A stretch of 64,000 nucleotides of DNA from an uncultured Chloroflexia bacterium (lineage in GTDB: Bacteria; Chloroflexota; Limnocylindria; QHBO01): contig CAWGTN010000002.1 of the NCBI GenBank assembly GCA_963825525.1, positions 320,001 to 384,000 on the forward strand, written 5' to 3'. Position 1 is the stretch's first letter. The number at the start of each line of letters is the position of its first letter. Below, in pieces: positions 35,116-45,433 of this stretch. Under the pieces are notes generated by a model that was given only the letters and a program-made list of their open reading frames with translations, did not search any database and was not told the DNA's origin. Position numbers and translations under genes: made by a program.

Positions 35116-35934
35116 ATGCATCGGATCCTCGTCGCCATAGCGCGGTTCACGGGCGCCGCCGCCGGCGCATTCATCGGGCTCGTCGTCGTCCAGCTCATGC
35201 GGCTGCGCCGCCAGGTCTTCCTGCCGGGATGGCCCGGCTTCGACATCAGGAACGTGGTCGATCCGGTCGGCGGCGCCGGAGCCCATCCGCCGATTCGCCT
35301 CGTCGTGCTGGGTGACTCCACGACGGCCGGCGTGGGCGTGGACCGCGCCGAGGAGTCGCTCCCGGTTCGGTTGGCGCAGCGCGTGGCCGATGCCGAGGGT
35401 CGCCGCGTCCACGTCGTCAGCTACGGATGGGCAGGGGCGCGGGTCGCGGACCTCGTGCGTGATCAGATCACGCGATCGATGACACCCCGGCGGTCCAGCG
35501 ACCATGGCCCCTTCCTGCAGGATGCCGACATCGTGGCCGTCGTGATCGGCTCCAACGACGCCACCCACAACACGCCGCCTGCCCGCTATCGAGCAGATCT
35601 GCGGGCCACCATCGATGCCATCGTCCGCGCGGCACCGGAAGCGCGCATGGTGCTTGCCGGCATCCCAACCTTCCGCGGGGCCCTCAGCTCCCTCGAGCCG
35701 CTCATCTTTCTGGCGGACCAGTACGCCCGCATCCTGCGTCCCATCAGCCAGGCCGAGGCGGACAGGGCCGGCATCCTCTACGCCGACCTGCGCTCGGGCC
35801 TGCCGCCCCTGCTCGCGGGCCAGACGGGCATCCTCGCCCAGGACGGTTTCCACCCGTCCGCGATCGGGTACGACGCATGGGCGGAGGTCATCTACCTCGC
35901 CCTGGAGGCACCGCAGCGCGCACGCGAGGCCTGA
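35116..35934 (+). CDS. SGNH/GDSL hydrolase with N-terminal membrane anchor
   Basis: LGDST, GSND and DGFHPS blocks. Confidence 0.9.
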   Translation: MHRILVAIARFTGAAAGAFIGLVVVQLMRLRRQVFLPGWPGFDIRNVVDPVGGAGAHPPIRLVVLGDSTTAGVGVDRAEESLPVRLAQRVADAEGRRVHVVSYGWAGARVADLVRDQITRSMTPRRSSDHGPFLQDADIVAVVIGSNDATHNTPPARYRADLRATIDAIVRAAPEARMVLAGIPTFRGALSSLEPLIFLADQYARILRPISQAEADRAGILYADLRSGLPPLLAGQTGILAQDGFHPSAIGYDAWAEVIYLALEAPQRAREA

Positions 35935-36031
35935 CTCCGGCAGAATCCGCTTGCGACCGGCATCCTCCGAGTGCGATGCTGGCACCACAGCACCCGCCTT
36001 GCTGCAGCTCCTTGTGCCCACGGGGAACCAC

Positions 36032-37498
36032 GTGCGTCTCATCCTGGTCCTGCTCACGGCCGCCGCCACGCTCGCTGGCGGCCTGGGCCTTGCCGCGCCC
36101 GCGCGTGCCTCGACGCCGGTCAAGGTCGCGATCATCGTGGGGCCGGTCGGCGAGGAGCTGACCCCGGTCTACATCAGCCTGGCGGAGGCATCGGCCACCG
36201 CGGCCGAGACGCGCGGTGCGACCGTTGCTCGCGCCTACTCGCCTGAGGCGAATGCCGAGAACGTGCTGGCCGCGGTCGAGGGTGCCAACATCGTCATCTA
36301 CCTCGGCCACGGGGTGGGCAGCCCGAACCCGTACTCGGCTGATCCGAACGCCGCGACCACCAACGGCTGGGGGCTCAACGGGCCGGGTGCGGTCGGCACC
36401 CACGCCGATTCCTGGCAGGACGAATCGCTGGCCTACTACGGCGAGTCATGGATCGCCGAGCATGCGAAACCGGCACCGGGCTGGGTGATGATCTACTCCA
36501 ACGCCTGCTACGCGCCGGGAGCCAGCGAGGGCTTCGACACGCCGGCCGATGAGGCGACCGCCGCCGCACGGGTCAGCGCCTACTCGCGCGCACCGCTGGC
36601 CGAGCTTGGCGCATCGGCCTACTTCGCCACCGACTTCTACGAGGGGGCAGCCCAGCTGGTGGCCACCATGCTCGATCGCCCCGACCTGCCGTTCGGCGAG
36701 GTCTTCGCCTCCGAGCCGCGCTACGTGCCCGACGGATTGACTCGCCTCCCGCACGGCCTGGTGGAAGGGGCCGAGACTTGGCTGCAGCGCTCGCCGTACT
36801 TCGATGGCAAGCTGGACTACTGGTACGCCTTCGCCGGCAACCCCGCGGCCAGCCTCACCGTCGGCACCACGGGTGGCGCCGGCATCGTTGCCGATGCCTC
36901 GGCCGCGTCCTTCGTCGTCAACGACGGGATCGTCGCCGGGCTGGCATCGAGCTACGGCGAGAGCGCCGGCTGGGAAGGCAAGCCGACGGTCGCATTGCCC
37001 CTGGATCTCGGCGGCGGCATCCCAACCGCCGATCCGTCATGGGTCCTGATCTGCGCGGATCGCTGCATCTCCGTCCCGGTCGTCGACTCGTGTCCGTGCT
37101 ACGCCGGAACCGCGGATGAGCGGGTTGCCAACCTGTCGCATGCCGCATGGCGGCTCATCACCGATGCGCCGCTCGAAGAGGGCCTGATCCGGGTCGAAGT
37201 CCACCTGACGCCGATCGCCAGCGGGTGCCGGAAGCCCGGACAGCTAGGCCGGCGCGCCGAGGCCTCGTTCCTGCTCGGGGAGCAGCGCGCGTCCGGCGCT
37301 CCGCTCACCGCGAAGGTGGAATCGTCGCGAGAGTGGACCGATCTCGTGGTGGAGCATGTCGGCCCACGGACGGACCTCGGTGCCGGCCACCGGATAGCGA
37401 CCGGCGAAGACCGCGCGCGCCAGTTCGCCCTGGGCCGTGACCTGGCCCGGCTCGAACTCGAACGCGTAGTGGTGCTCACCGCTGGCGGCGCGGCGTGA
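36032..37498 (+). CDS. Secreted protein with a putative clan CD-like His/Cys domain and a C-terminal DPBB (RlpA/expansin-like) domain; true stop probably near 37247
   Basis: Signal peptide ending ARA; YLGHG and YSNAC motifs; VVDSCPC...ANLSHAAW; the ORF tail overlaps the convergent gene by about 250 nt, suggesting an indel. Confidence 0.65.
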   Translation: MRLILVLLTAAATLAGGLGLAAPARASTPVKVAIIVGPVGEELTPVYISLAEASATAAETRGATVARAYSPEANAENVLAAVEGANIVIYLGHGVGSPNPYSADPNAATTNGWGLNGPGAVGTHADSWQDESLAYYGESWIAEHAKPAPGWVMIYSNACYAPGASEGFDTPADEATAAARVSAYSRAPLAELGASAYFATDFYEGAAQLVATMLDRPDLPFGEVFASEPRYVPDGLTRLPHGLVEGAETWLQRSPYFDGKLDYWYAFAGNPAASLTVGTTGGAGIVADASAASFVVNDGIVAGLASSYGESAGWEGKPTVALPLDLGGGIPTADPSWVLICADRCISVPVVDSCPCYAGTADERVANLSHAAWRLITDAPLEEGLIRVEVHLTPIASGCRKPGQLGRRAEASFLLGEQRASGAPLTAKVESSREWTDLVVEHVGPRTDLGAGHRIATGEDRARQFALGRDLARLELERVVVLTAGGAA

Positions 37499-39227
37499 GG
37501 ACCTGATCCGCGCCCACAGGGACGTGATCCCGTTGGGCAGCGTGAAGCTGACGAGGTGCGCCTCGCGCTCGACGAGCGGCTCAACGGTCGCGATGAGTGC
37601 ACCGCCAACCGATACGTCCTGGACGGAGGCCACCGAACCGTCGACAGCTCCGGGAACATCGACGGCGAAGCGCACGGAGCTCCTGCGCTCGGCGGCGTAG
37701 CGCAGCGACCGGACGCGTCGGATGGCCACCCAGACCAGCGAGGTGTTGACGACCAGCCACACGAACGCGCCGGCGGCCGCCGTTTCGGATGTCGTACGGA
37801 ATCGTGAATGCCCCGAGCAGGTGGAGGACATAGATCGTCGCCCCGACCACGGAAACGCCAAGCGTCGCGCGCAGCATGAGCGGCGCATCGATCCGGCCGC
37901 GGTCCGACGCGACCCGGCCCTTCGGCGTGACCTTGAAGCGCGGGGTCGTGGTCGTGATCAGCGTCAGGGTTGCCAGGAAGTTCGGCGACATGCGGACGAG
38001 GTCGAAGACGACCGACAGGACGGGCCGATACGCGCCGCGGCCCAGCAGGTAGAGGGCCACCTGCTGAAGGCCGTAGGTCATGAGGAAGGCGACGGCAAAG
38101 GTGAGGCCATCCGCCAGGATCGGGATCTGTCCGCTCACCAGCACGATCGGCGGGAGCAGCAGGAATCCGAGCGTGCGCCACGAGTCGAACCAGCCAAGCA
38201 GGGTGGCGGCATACCCAAGCCGCTGGCCGAGGGTCAGGCCCGGAACGGTGAGAGGATTCTCGGTACGGAGCACCTGCATCGCCCCGGTCCCCCATCGGTT
38301 CCGCTGGAGCTGATACTGCGCGGCGTCGTCGGCGGCGAGGCCGCGCGCCAGCACCTCGTTGTGATAGACGGTCTTCCAGCCGGCACGATGGAAACGGATC
38401 GTGGTGTGGATGTCCTCGGTGATCGTGTCGGTGGCGGCTCCTCCGACCGCTCGCAGTGCCGACGCGCGAACGACGGCGCTCGTCCCGCACCAGAACGCGG
38501 CGTTCCATCGATTCTTGCCGGGCTGGAGCAGCCGATAGAAGAGCGTCTGCTCGTGGAAGGGCTCGCCGTACGCAACGCCGCTGCCGTGTTCGAAGCTCGT
38601 GACGTTGTAGAAATCCTGCGGCGTCTGGACGAGTGCGACGCGACGGTCCGAGAAGTAGCCGAGCGTGGCGCGCAGGAAGTCGGGCGCGGCGACGTGATCG
38701 GCATCAAGCACGCCCAGGATCTCCGCGTCGACGACGCCCAGCGCGTGGTTGAGGTTGCCCGCCTTTGCGTGCTCGTGCGTCGGCCGAGACAGGTACCGCG
38801 CCCCGAGGGACTCGGCCAGCTCGGCAATCTCCGGGCGTTCGCCGTCGTCCAGGACCCAGGTCTCGTGCACCGGCTCGAGCGCGACCGCGGCCGAGATGGT
38901 GGGAATCAGGATCTCTGGACCCTCGTTGTAGGTGGGAATGAGCACCGCGATGCTCGGCATCTTGCGCGGGCTCCGGCGGCGGGGCCGAACGTCCACGTCC
39001 CACAGGCTGAAGGCGAAGAGGCCCAGGCCGATCGCGGCGTGAACCTCCAGGATGAGCATCGGAAACGCGATGTACCACGCCGAGAGATTGAGGGTGGAGG
39101 TCGCGCGCCACGTCAGATAAGCCGTCGTCGCCACCAGGGCGAGGACGGTCATGCCGCGGATGAGCAGGAGACGGCGCGGCGAATCCGGTGGAGGCAGGTG
39201 TCCGCGACGCCGCGCGTTGCGGGCCAT
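37244..39227 (-). CDS. bcsA: Cellulose synthase catalytic subunit-like GT2 with C-terminal PilZ domain, frameshift near 37790
   Basis: IPTYNE, LDDG, HAKAGNLN, DADH, QTPQDF, FWCGT, TED and QRNRW; the second frame has PilZ RRSSVR and DVSVGG. Confidence 0.85.
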
Positions 39228-39293
39228 GCGCCAAGGACACCATGGTGCAGGACCATCGGGCCATCGGCCAAAGGTCCTCTCAGGGGCGGTACC

Positions 39294-40853
39294 CTAGGTG
39301 ACGGTGACCTGCACCGCGTGGTGGCCGCGGGCGCCATTCGGCGCCGGGCGCGACTTCTGGTCGGTCTGCACGTCGCCGTTGCCATCGGTCGCGCGCACCC
39401 TCAGCAGATGATCGCCGGCGGTCGCGTCCCAGCGACGGACCCACTGCACCCAGGTGGCGTCGGAGATCGGTGAGCTGATCTCGGCCGGCTGCCATCCGTC
39501 CTCGTCGATCTGCACTTCCACCGCGCTCACGCCACGGTCGGGCGCCCATGCGACGCCGGCGATCGCCACGGTTCCGGCGTCGATGCGCGCCCCGGATCCG
39601 GGCACGTCGATCCGCGACTGGGTGAGGATCGGCGCTTCCTTCGACCAGCCCAACGGCACCCAGTAGGCATCGAACGCATCGAGCGTGGTCAGCTCGATCT
39701 CGGTGAGCCACTTCGTCGCGCTCACGTATCCGTACAGGCCGGGCACGATCAACCGCGCCGGGAACCCGTGGTTCGGCGGCAGCGGCTCCCCGTTCATCGC
39801 CACGGCGACCAGGGCCTCGCGATCGTCGGCCAGCGCCCACGCAGTCGGGAAGCCGACGGTGAAGTTGTCCACGGCCCGACCCACGAGCTGGGTCGCCGCG
39901 GGCTGCACCCCAGCGCGGTCCAGCAGATCCTTGAGTCGCACCCCGGTCCACAGGGCATTTCCCACCAGGCCGCCCCCCACCTCGTTGCTGACGCAGGCGA
40001 TCGTCACATACTCCTCGCGCAGCGGGAGGTTCACGAGCTCGTCGTAGGTCAGCTCGAATGGCCGATCGACCATGCCCGTCACACGCAGCCTCCACGTGTC
40101 CAGGTCAGGGCGAGGAACCAGCAGCGCCGTGTCGATACGGTAGAAGTCGCGGTTCGGGGTGACGATCGGGCTCAGACCGCTGACGCTGAGCCCTGCTCCA
40201 TCCGGCAGTGGGGGGGCGGTCACTGCGGGCTGTGGAATCGGGCCTGCCTGCGGCTGCGCGCTGCGACGGCCGCCCTCGAGCAGAGCCCTTCCGGTCACAC
40301 CGCCGATGGCCGCAACGCCGGCGACGGCAATCGATGTTCCGATGAAGTGGCGCCGGCCCCAGTTCGGCATCTCGGCAACCTCGCGGCCGCGCGCGTCCGA
40401 CGCCATGGCGAGGAGCCACGCCAGCACGCCGGCGGCACTACCCGCCGCCGCCGCGGCAACCACAAAGGTCGGCAGCGCCTCCGACAGCGGATCACGCAGG
40501 CCGACGGCCAGAGCGAAGACCCCTCCGGCACCGATGGCCAGCTGCGCTGCACCGGGCCGAGTGCGCGCCAGCACGCCGATCGCCGCAGCGAGGCCGACGG
40601 CCACCATGGCGATGAACACGTTGAGCACCAGCTTGTCCGCCTCGCCGAACAGCTCGACGACGAACTGCTTGGCACCGGGCGGCTGCAGTGAGATGACGAA
40701 GTCACCGACGGCGATGATCGGGCTGGCCGCCCCGGGCAGAAGGCCCGCGAGCAGCTCCGCACCACCGAGTCCCGCCGCGCCCGCCGCAAGGCCGGCGATG
40801 GCACCGACCCGTCGACGCGGAACGCTCGCTGATTGGTTGGTATTCATGCTCAT
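39294..40853 (-). CDS. Membrane-anchored molybdopterin-dependent oxidoreductase (sulfite oxidase family)
   Basis: TPNRDFYRID, IACVSNEVGG, MNGEPLP.NHGFPARLIVPGLYGYVSATKW; Ig-like dimerisation domain; N-terminal TM helices. Confidence 0.9.
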   Translation of the reverse strand: MSMNTNQSASVPRRRVGAIAGLAAGAAGLGGAELLAGLLPGAASPIIAVGDFVISLQPPGAKQFVVELFGEADKLVLNVFIAMVAVGLAAAIGVLARTRPGAAQLAIGAGGVFALAVGLRDPLSEALPTFVVAAAAAGSAAGVLAWLLAMASDARGREVAEMPNWGRRHFIGTSIAVAGVAAIGGVTGRALLEGGRRSAQPQAGPIPQPAVTAPPLPDGAGLSVSGLSPIVTPNRDFYRIDTALLVPRPDLDTWRLRVTGMVDRPFELTYDELVNLPLREEYVTIACVSNEVGGGLVGNALWTGVRLKDLLDRAGVQPAATQLVGRAVDNFTVGFPTAWALADDREALVAVAMNGEPLPPNHGFPARLIVPGLYGYVSATKWLTEIELTTLDAFDAYWVPLGWSKEAPILTQSRIDVPGSGARIDAGTVAIAGVAWAPDRGVSAVEVQIDEDGWQPAEISSPISDATWVQWVRRWDATAGDHLLRVRATDGNGDVQTDQKSRPAPNGARGHHAVQVTVT

Positions 40854-40963
40854 CACCCAGCGTACGCCGGTTTGTGACGAGCGTATGAATCGGCTCGTCG
40901 CGTGCGCTCGTCCGGGAACATGGGGAGAGCGCGGGGGTGAGCGGCCTGCCTATCATCGGCGGC

Positions 40964-42019
40964 ATGCCCGAACGCATCGATCTTCGTTCCGATACGGTGA
41001 CATTGCCCAGCCCCGCCATGCGCCATGCCATGGCGAATGCCGAGGTCGGCGATGACCAGTACGGCGAGGACCCGTCCGTCAACCGGCTCCAGGAGCAGGC
41101 CGCCGAACTGCTCGGCCAGCCGGCCGCACTCTTCCTGCCGAGCGGCACGATGACGAACCAGGTCGCGCTGCGAACGCTCACTCGCCCGGGGGATGACGTC
41201 CTGGTGCCGGTCGAGTCGCACATCGTCCTGCATGAGACGGGCGCCGGCGGTGCCAATGCCGGCGTCCAGTTCAGCACGATCGGGGCGGGAGGGACGTTCG
41301 ACGAACATGACGTGGCCGCGGCCATCAAGCCCGCCGGCCACATCGTGTACCCGCCGACCACGCTGCTCGTTGCCGAGAACACGCACAACCGCGGCGGAGG
41401 CATCGTGCTGGACCGGCAACGGCTGCTCGCCTCCCTTGAGGTGGCTCGCGGCCATGGGCTCGCCACCTACCTGGACGGCGCTCGGCTGCTCAATGCGGCA
41501 GTGGCCTCGCGGCGTCCCGCCGCCGAGCTGGCCACCGGGTTCGACCTCGTCGGCATATCCCTCAGCAAGGGTCTCGGCGCGCCGGCCGGATCCCTGCTCG
41601 CGGGCACGACCGAGCTCATTGCGCGTGCCCACCGCTACCGGCGAATGGCCGGCGGTGCCATGCGCCAGGTTGGCATCCTGGCCGCCGCAGGGTCCTACGC
41701 CCTCGAGCACAACGTTCAGCGCCTGGCCGACGACCATGCCAATGCGCGCCTCCTTGCCGATGAGCTGATGCGCGGCGACGACATCCAGATCGACGACTCC
41801 ACGGTTCAGACCAACATCGTGGTGATGTCACTCGTCGACCGGCGCGGAGTGCCGGATGCGGCGACATTCGTGGCGCGCTGTGCCGAGCGCGGGGTGCTCC
41901 TGAATGCATTCGGGCCGCGGTCGGTGCGCGCGGTGACGCACCTCGATGTGGGCGCGGACCAGTGTCGGGCTGCGGCGCGGGTCATGCGCGCCATCGCGGA
42001 TGGCCGAGAGGCGCCCTAG
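40964..42019 (+). CDS. ltaE: Low-specificity L-threonine aldolase
   Basis: DLRSDTVT, PSGTM.NQ, ENTHN, LDGARL, SKGLGAP.GS and GGAMRQ.G motifs. Confidence 0.93.
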   Translation: MPERIDLRSDTVTLPSPAMRHAMANAEVGDDQYGEDPSVNRLQEQAAELLGQPAALFLPSGTMTNQVALRTLTRPGDDVLVPVESHIVLHETGAGGANAGVQFSTIGAGGTFDEHDVAAAIKPAGHIVYPPTTLLVAENTHNRGGGIVLDRQRLLASLEVARGHGLATYLDGARLLNAAVASRRPAAELATGFDLVGISLSKGLGAPAGSLLAGTTELIARAHRYRRMAGGAMRQVGILAAAGSYALEHNVQRLADDHANARLLADELMRGDDIQIDDSTVQTNIVVMSLVDRRGVPDAATFVARCAERGVLLNAFGPRSVRAVTHLDVGADQCRAAARVMRAIADGREAP

Positions 42020-42438
42020 ACCTGCTCCATCGGCTCGACGCCCTCGGGATCGAGCGTCAGCGATGCCGAGTTGATGCAATAGCGGAGGCCGCCGGGCTGG
42101 TCATGGGCATCGTTGAAGATGTGGCCAAGGTGGCCGCCGCAGCGTGCACAGTGGACCTCGGTCCTCGTCATGAGGAAGCTGCGGTCGGTCTCCGTCTCCA
42201 CCGCACCCTGGGCGGTCGGCGCATAGAACGATGGCCAACCGGAGCCTGACTCGAACTTGGTGCTGGCGTCGAACACCTCGGCGCCACAGCCGGCGCAGCG
42301 GTACACGCCGGGTCGATGCTCGTCCCAATACGCCCCGCTGAATGCCGGCTCGGTTCCCTGCTCGCGCAGGACGCGGTACTGCTCCGGCGTCAGCGACGCC
42401 CGCCACTCGTCGTCGGTGCGGTCGACCTTCTCACTCAT
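42016..42438 (-). CDS. msrB: Peptide-methionine (R)-S-oxide reductase
   Basis: GTEPAF, KFESGSGWPSF, RTEV.C..C.GHLGH.F and RYCINS motifs. Confidence 0.96.
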   Translation of the reverse strand: MSEKVDRTDDEWRASLTPEQYRVLREQGTEPAFSGAYWDEHRPGVYRCAGCGAEVFDASTKFESGSGWPSFYAPTAQGAVETETDRSFLMTRTEVHCARCGGHLGHIFNDAHDQPGGLRYCINSASLTLDPEGVEPMEQV

Positions 42439-42504
42439 GCACACAGCGTACGCCGGACTCCCAGACGGTGCATGCATCGGCCTGGCGGATCGTATGCTTG
42501 GCCG

Positions 42505-43023
42505 ATGAATCGACGCGTGCTCCTCGCGCCGGGGGCGTCCGGGACCATCGATGGCCTGCGCGACCACGAGCGCGGCCTGCTGGCTCGTGGGATGACGGTC
42601 ACACTCGTCAGCCTCCCGCGCGGACGGGCCGAGCGTGCCATGCCCATCTACCGCGCCGCTCTCGATGCAGTGAGTGATCCGACCGCCGTCATCGGCGGCC
42701 ACTCATTCGGCGGTCGAGTCGCGTCCCTGCTCAGCGTCGAGCACGCTCCGGCCGGCCTCGTTCTGCTCTCGTATCCGCTTCATGCTCCGGGCCGCCAGGC
42801 GGCGTGGGACGAACGGACCGCTCATTGGCCATCGATCACGTGCCCGGTCCTCCTCCTCTCGGGAGAATCGGATCCGTTTGCCAACCTTGCACTGCTGCGC
42901 GAGGCCGTGGAGCGTCTGCCCGCTGGCTCTCTCGTGACGTACCGCGGGGTCGGCCATGGACTCCGGCCCGTGCTGGAGGATGCGCTCGACCGCATCGCGT
43001 CATTTGCGGACGGGCTGCCCTGA
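42505..43023 (+). CDS. Alpha/beta hydrolase (KANL3/Tex30-like)
   Basis: GGHSFGGR, YPLH.PG, G..DPF and GH motifs. Confidence 0.85.
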   Translation: MNRRVLLAPGASGTIDGLRDHERGLLARGMTVTLVSLPRGRAERAMPIYRAALDAVSDPTAVIGGHSFGGRVASLLSVEHAPAGLVLLSYPLHAPGRQAAWDERTAHWPSITCPVLLLSGESDPFANLALLREAVERLPAGSLVTYRGVGHGLRPVLEDALDRIASFADGLP

Positions 43024-43106
43024 CGTGCCGCGTCCGGCAAATGACGTAGTCGGCCACCGCCATTCGTGTATGTTGCGGGCCACGTGAGTTCCCGAGAATC
43101 ACCATC

Positions 43107-43556
43107 ATGAACGCCGTCGTGACTGCCAACCCACCCGCCCCCGTGTCCGTTGCCGGCTCCCGCCCGCGCGCGATCTCCGCGCTGCGAGGCATCCTTTTGC
43201 TCGAGGCCGCACTGGGACTCGCGGGCACGATCTTCCTCAGCATGCTCGCTTCAGCCCTCGCGTCGTTCCTGGGTGGTGAGTCCGGCCGAGAGGCGGAGGA
43301 GATGGTGCGATTCGCTGCGGGTGGCGTGATCATCTTCGCCATTGCGGCCGCGGCCACCGCCCGCGGCGTCCGCAGGGCGCGCGGATGGTCATGGACCAGC
43401 GCTGCCCTGCTCCAGCTGGCGCTCGCCAGCGGCAGTGCCGTGCTTCTCGCCGTCACCCCATGGGCATTGGCGGCGTTCGGCGGCTTTGTACTGGCGGCCG
43501 TGAGCATGCTGCTCCTCAGCGCACCGTCGGTTCGGCGCGCGCTCGGGCAGGTGTGA
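43107..43556 (+). CDS. Hypothetical 4-TM membrane protein
   Basis: Four hydrophobic segments; GC-typical codon usage. Confidence 0.6.
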   Translation: MNAVVTANPPAPVSVAGSRPRAISALRGILLLEAALGLAGTIFLSMLASALASFLGGESGREAEEMVRFAAGGVIIFAIAAAATARGVRRARGWSWTSAALLQLALASGSAVLLAVTPWALAAFGGFVLAAVSMLLLSAPSVRRALGQV

Positions 43557-43590
43557 GGGACCCTCTCGGAACCCGCTAGGCTCATCGTCA

Positions 43591-44607
43591 ATGAGCCAGG
43601 CCAACCGCCACGATCCCGGTCCGGAGGCAGCCGGAAGTCGCGCCGACGAGCGTGGCGATGCCGCGCGTGAGCCGCTGAAACTCGAATCCGCAACGGTGCG
43701 CATCGGTACCGCGTCGTGGACCGACCCGACCATGACCGCGCCGGGCGTGTTCTACCCGCCGGATGCCACGACCGCAGAGGATAGGCTCGTCTTCTACGCG
43801 AACCAGTTCCCGATAGTCGAAGTCGACGCCACGTACTACGCGCTTCCGGCGCGGCGCACCGGCGAGCTGTGGCTCGAGCGGACACCTCCGGACTTCACGT
43901 TTGACATCAAGGCGCACGCCCTGATGACGGGTCAGCCCTCCGAGGTCAGCCGGCTGCCGAAGGACCTGCGCGAGGAGCTGCCCGCCGAGCTGGTGGCACG
44001 TAAACGGGTGTACGCCCGGGATCTGCCGCGCGAGATCGAGGACGAGATCTGGGCACGCTTCATGGACGGCATCGAGCCGCTGCGAAGCTCCGGCAAACTC
44101 GGCGCCATCTTCCTGCAGTATCCGCGCTGGTTCTTCCCGACCAGCGAGTCGCGACAGGAAATCCTGAGCGCCCGCGAGCGTCTCGGGGACGCGCCGTTCG
44201 CCATCGAGCTGCGTCATGCCAGTTGGTTCAACGAGAAGAATGCGACCCGCACCATCGACTTCCTTCAGAGCAATGAGATTCCGTTCGTGATGGTGGACGC
44301 GCCACCGGGAACGAAGTCATCCGTGCCGCCGATGTCTCTCGTGACCTCGCCAAAGCTGGCCGTCGTCCGTTTCCACGGGAGGCGCACCGAGACGTGGGAG
44401 CAGCGCGGCATCCCGGTGGTCGAACGATTTCGGTATCTGTACGACGAGGCGGAGCTCGGCGAGTGGGTGCCGCGAATCCGCGAGGCGGCGGCGCAGGTTC
44501 CCGAGCTGCACGTCCTCATGAACAACTGCTACGCCAACTACGGGACGACCAATGCCCGCGAGATTGCCGATATGCTCGCCGCCGACCTGCCACAGCTGAA
44601 GAGCTGA
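43591..44607 (+). CDS. DUF72 family protein
   Basis: IGTASW, VEVDATYY, F.F.IKA, LQYP, ELRH.SW, RFHGR, Y.Y...EL and MNN motifs. Confidence 0.92.
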   Translation: MSQANRHDPGPEAAGSRADERGDAAREPLKLESATVRIGTASWTDPTMTAPGVFYPPDATTAEDRLVFYANQFPIVEVDATYYALPARRTGELWLERTPPDFTFDIKAHALMTGQPSEVSRLPKDLREELPAELVARKRVYARDLPREIEDEIWARFMDGIEPLRSSGKLGAIFLQYPRWFFPTSESRQEILSARERLGDAPFAIELRHASWFNEKNATRTIDFLQSNEIPFVMVDAPPGTKSSVPPMSLVTSPKLAVVRFHGRRTETWEQRGIPVVERFRYLYDEAELGEWVPRIREAAAQVPELHVLMNNCYANYGTTNAREIADMLAADLPQLKS

Positions 44608-44624
44608 CGCGCTACGCTGCAGAC

Positions 44625-45419
44625 GTGGGGATCAGGCGCGGCGTATTCGGGCTGGTGGTGGCGATGGTCCTCGGTGCCTGCACATTGCCGCCGATCGACA
44701 CTCCCACGCCCACGGCAACTCCCACCCCAGCGGTGACGCCGACTCCGACGCCATTGGCATCCCCGACCCCGCCACCCACACCCTCGCCCAGCGCTGCGCC
44801 GCTGGCCCCCGACTTCAACGCGGGTGAAGTCGTCAGCACCGCCGTCGACGGCCTTCGAGTCCGAAGCCTGCCCGGACTGGAGCGCCCGGTCGTCACCGGG
44901 CTCCTGCCTGCCGGGTACGACCTCGTGGTGGTCATGGGCCCGATCCAGGTCGAGGACCGTGCCTGGTACCTCGTGATCCCGGCAGCCGACCGCGAACCGG
45001 CCTTCGAGGAGGGATGGGTGGCTGCCGGCGTCGAGCCGGATCCCCTGCTGAGCTCGACCGGCGGAGTCGCCGATGGCTCGCTGTACGTCGTCTCGTTGGA
45101 CGGCACGGCGGACGCCGAGCAGGGACCCATCGAGATCGGCGATGGCGATCATCTCATCCGATGGATCGCCGTCGACCCGGAGCGCACGCGGTGCTCGTTC
45201 GCCGTGTCGCTCTCTCCCGCCGGCGGTGGCGATCCGCTGCCGGCCATCCGCGCGACCATCGGAACCGGCGTTGATCGGGGCATCCTCCAGCCCCAATCGT
45301 TCGATGCCCTCGGCATCCGCGGGTCCGTCTTCGTCAACGTCGCGTCCGACTGCGGGTGGGCACTCACCATCCTGCGCGCTCCCCCGGCAGCCTCGCCGGG
45401 GCCGTCCCCTTCATCCTGA
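44625..45419 (+). CDS. Hypothetical lipoprotein with Pro/Thr linker and SH3b-like domain
   Basis: Lipobox LGAC; (PT)n; LRVRSLPG...WY...GWVA. Confidence 0.65.
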   Translation: MGIRRGVFGLVVAMVLGACTLPPIDTPTPTATPTPAVTPTPTPLASPTPPPTPSPSAAPLAPDFNAGEVVSTAVDGLRVRSLPGLERPVVTGLLPAGYDLVVVMGPIQVEDRAWYLVIPAADREPAFEEGWVAAGVEPDPLLSSTGGVADGSLYVVSLDGTADAEQGPIEIGDGDHLIRWIAVDPERTRCSFAVSLSPAGGGDPLPAIRATIGTGVDRGILQPQSFDALGIRGSVFVNVASDCGWALTILRAPPAASPGPSPSS

Positions 45420-45433
45420 TCGGCGAACTCGCC

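Noticed and set aside
37248-37498. Genuine 250-nt convergent overlap between the secreted protein and the PilZ region
   Set aside because: More simply explained by a single indel that bypasses the TAG at 37245-37247.
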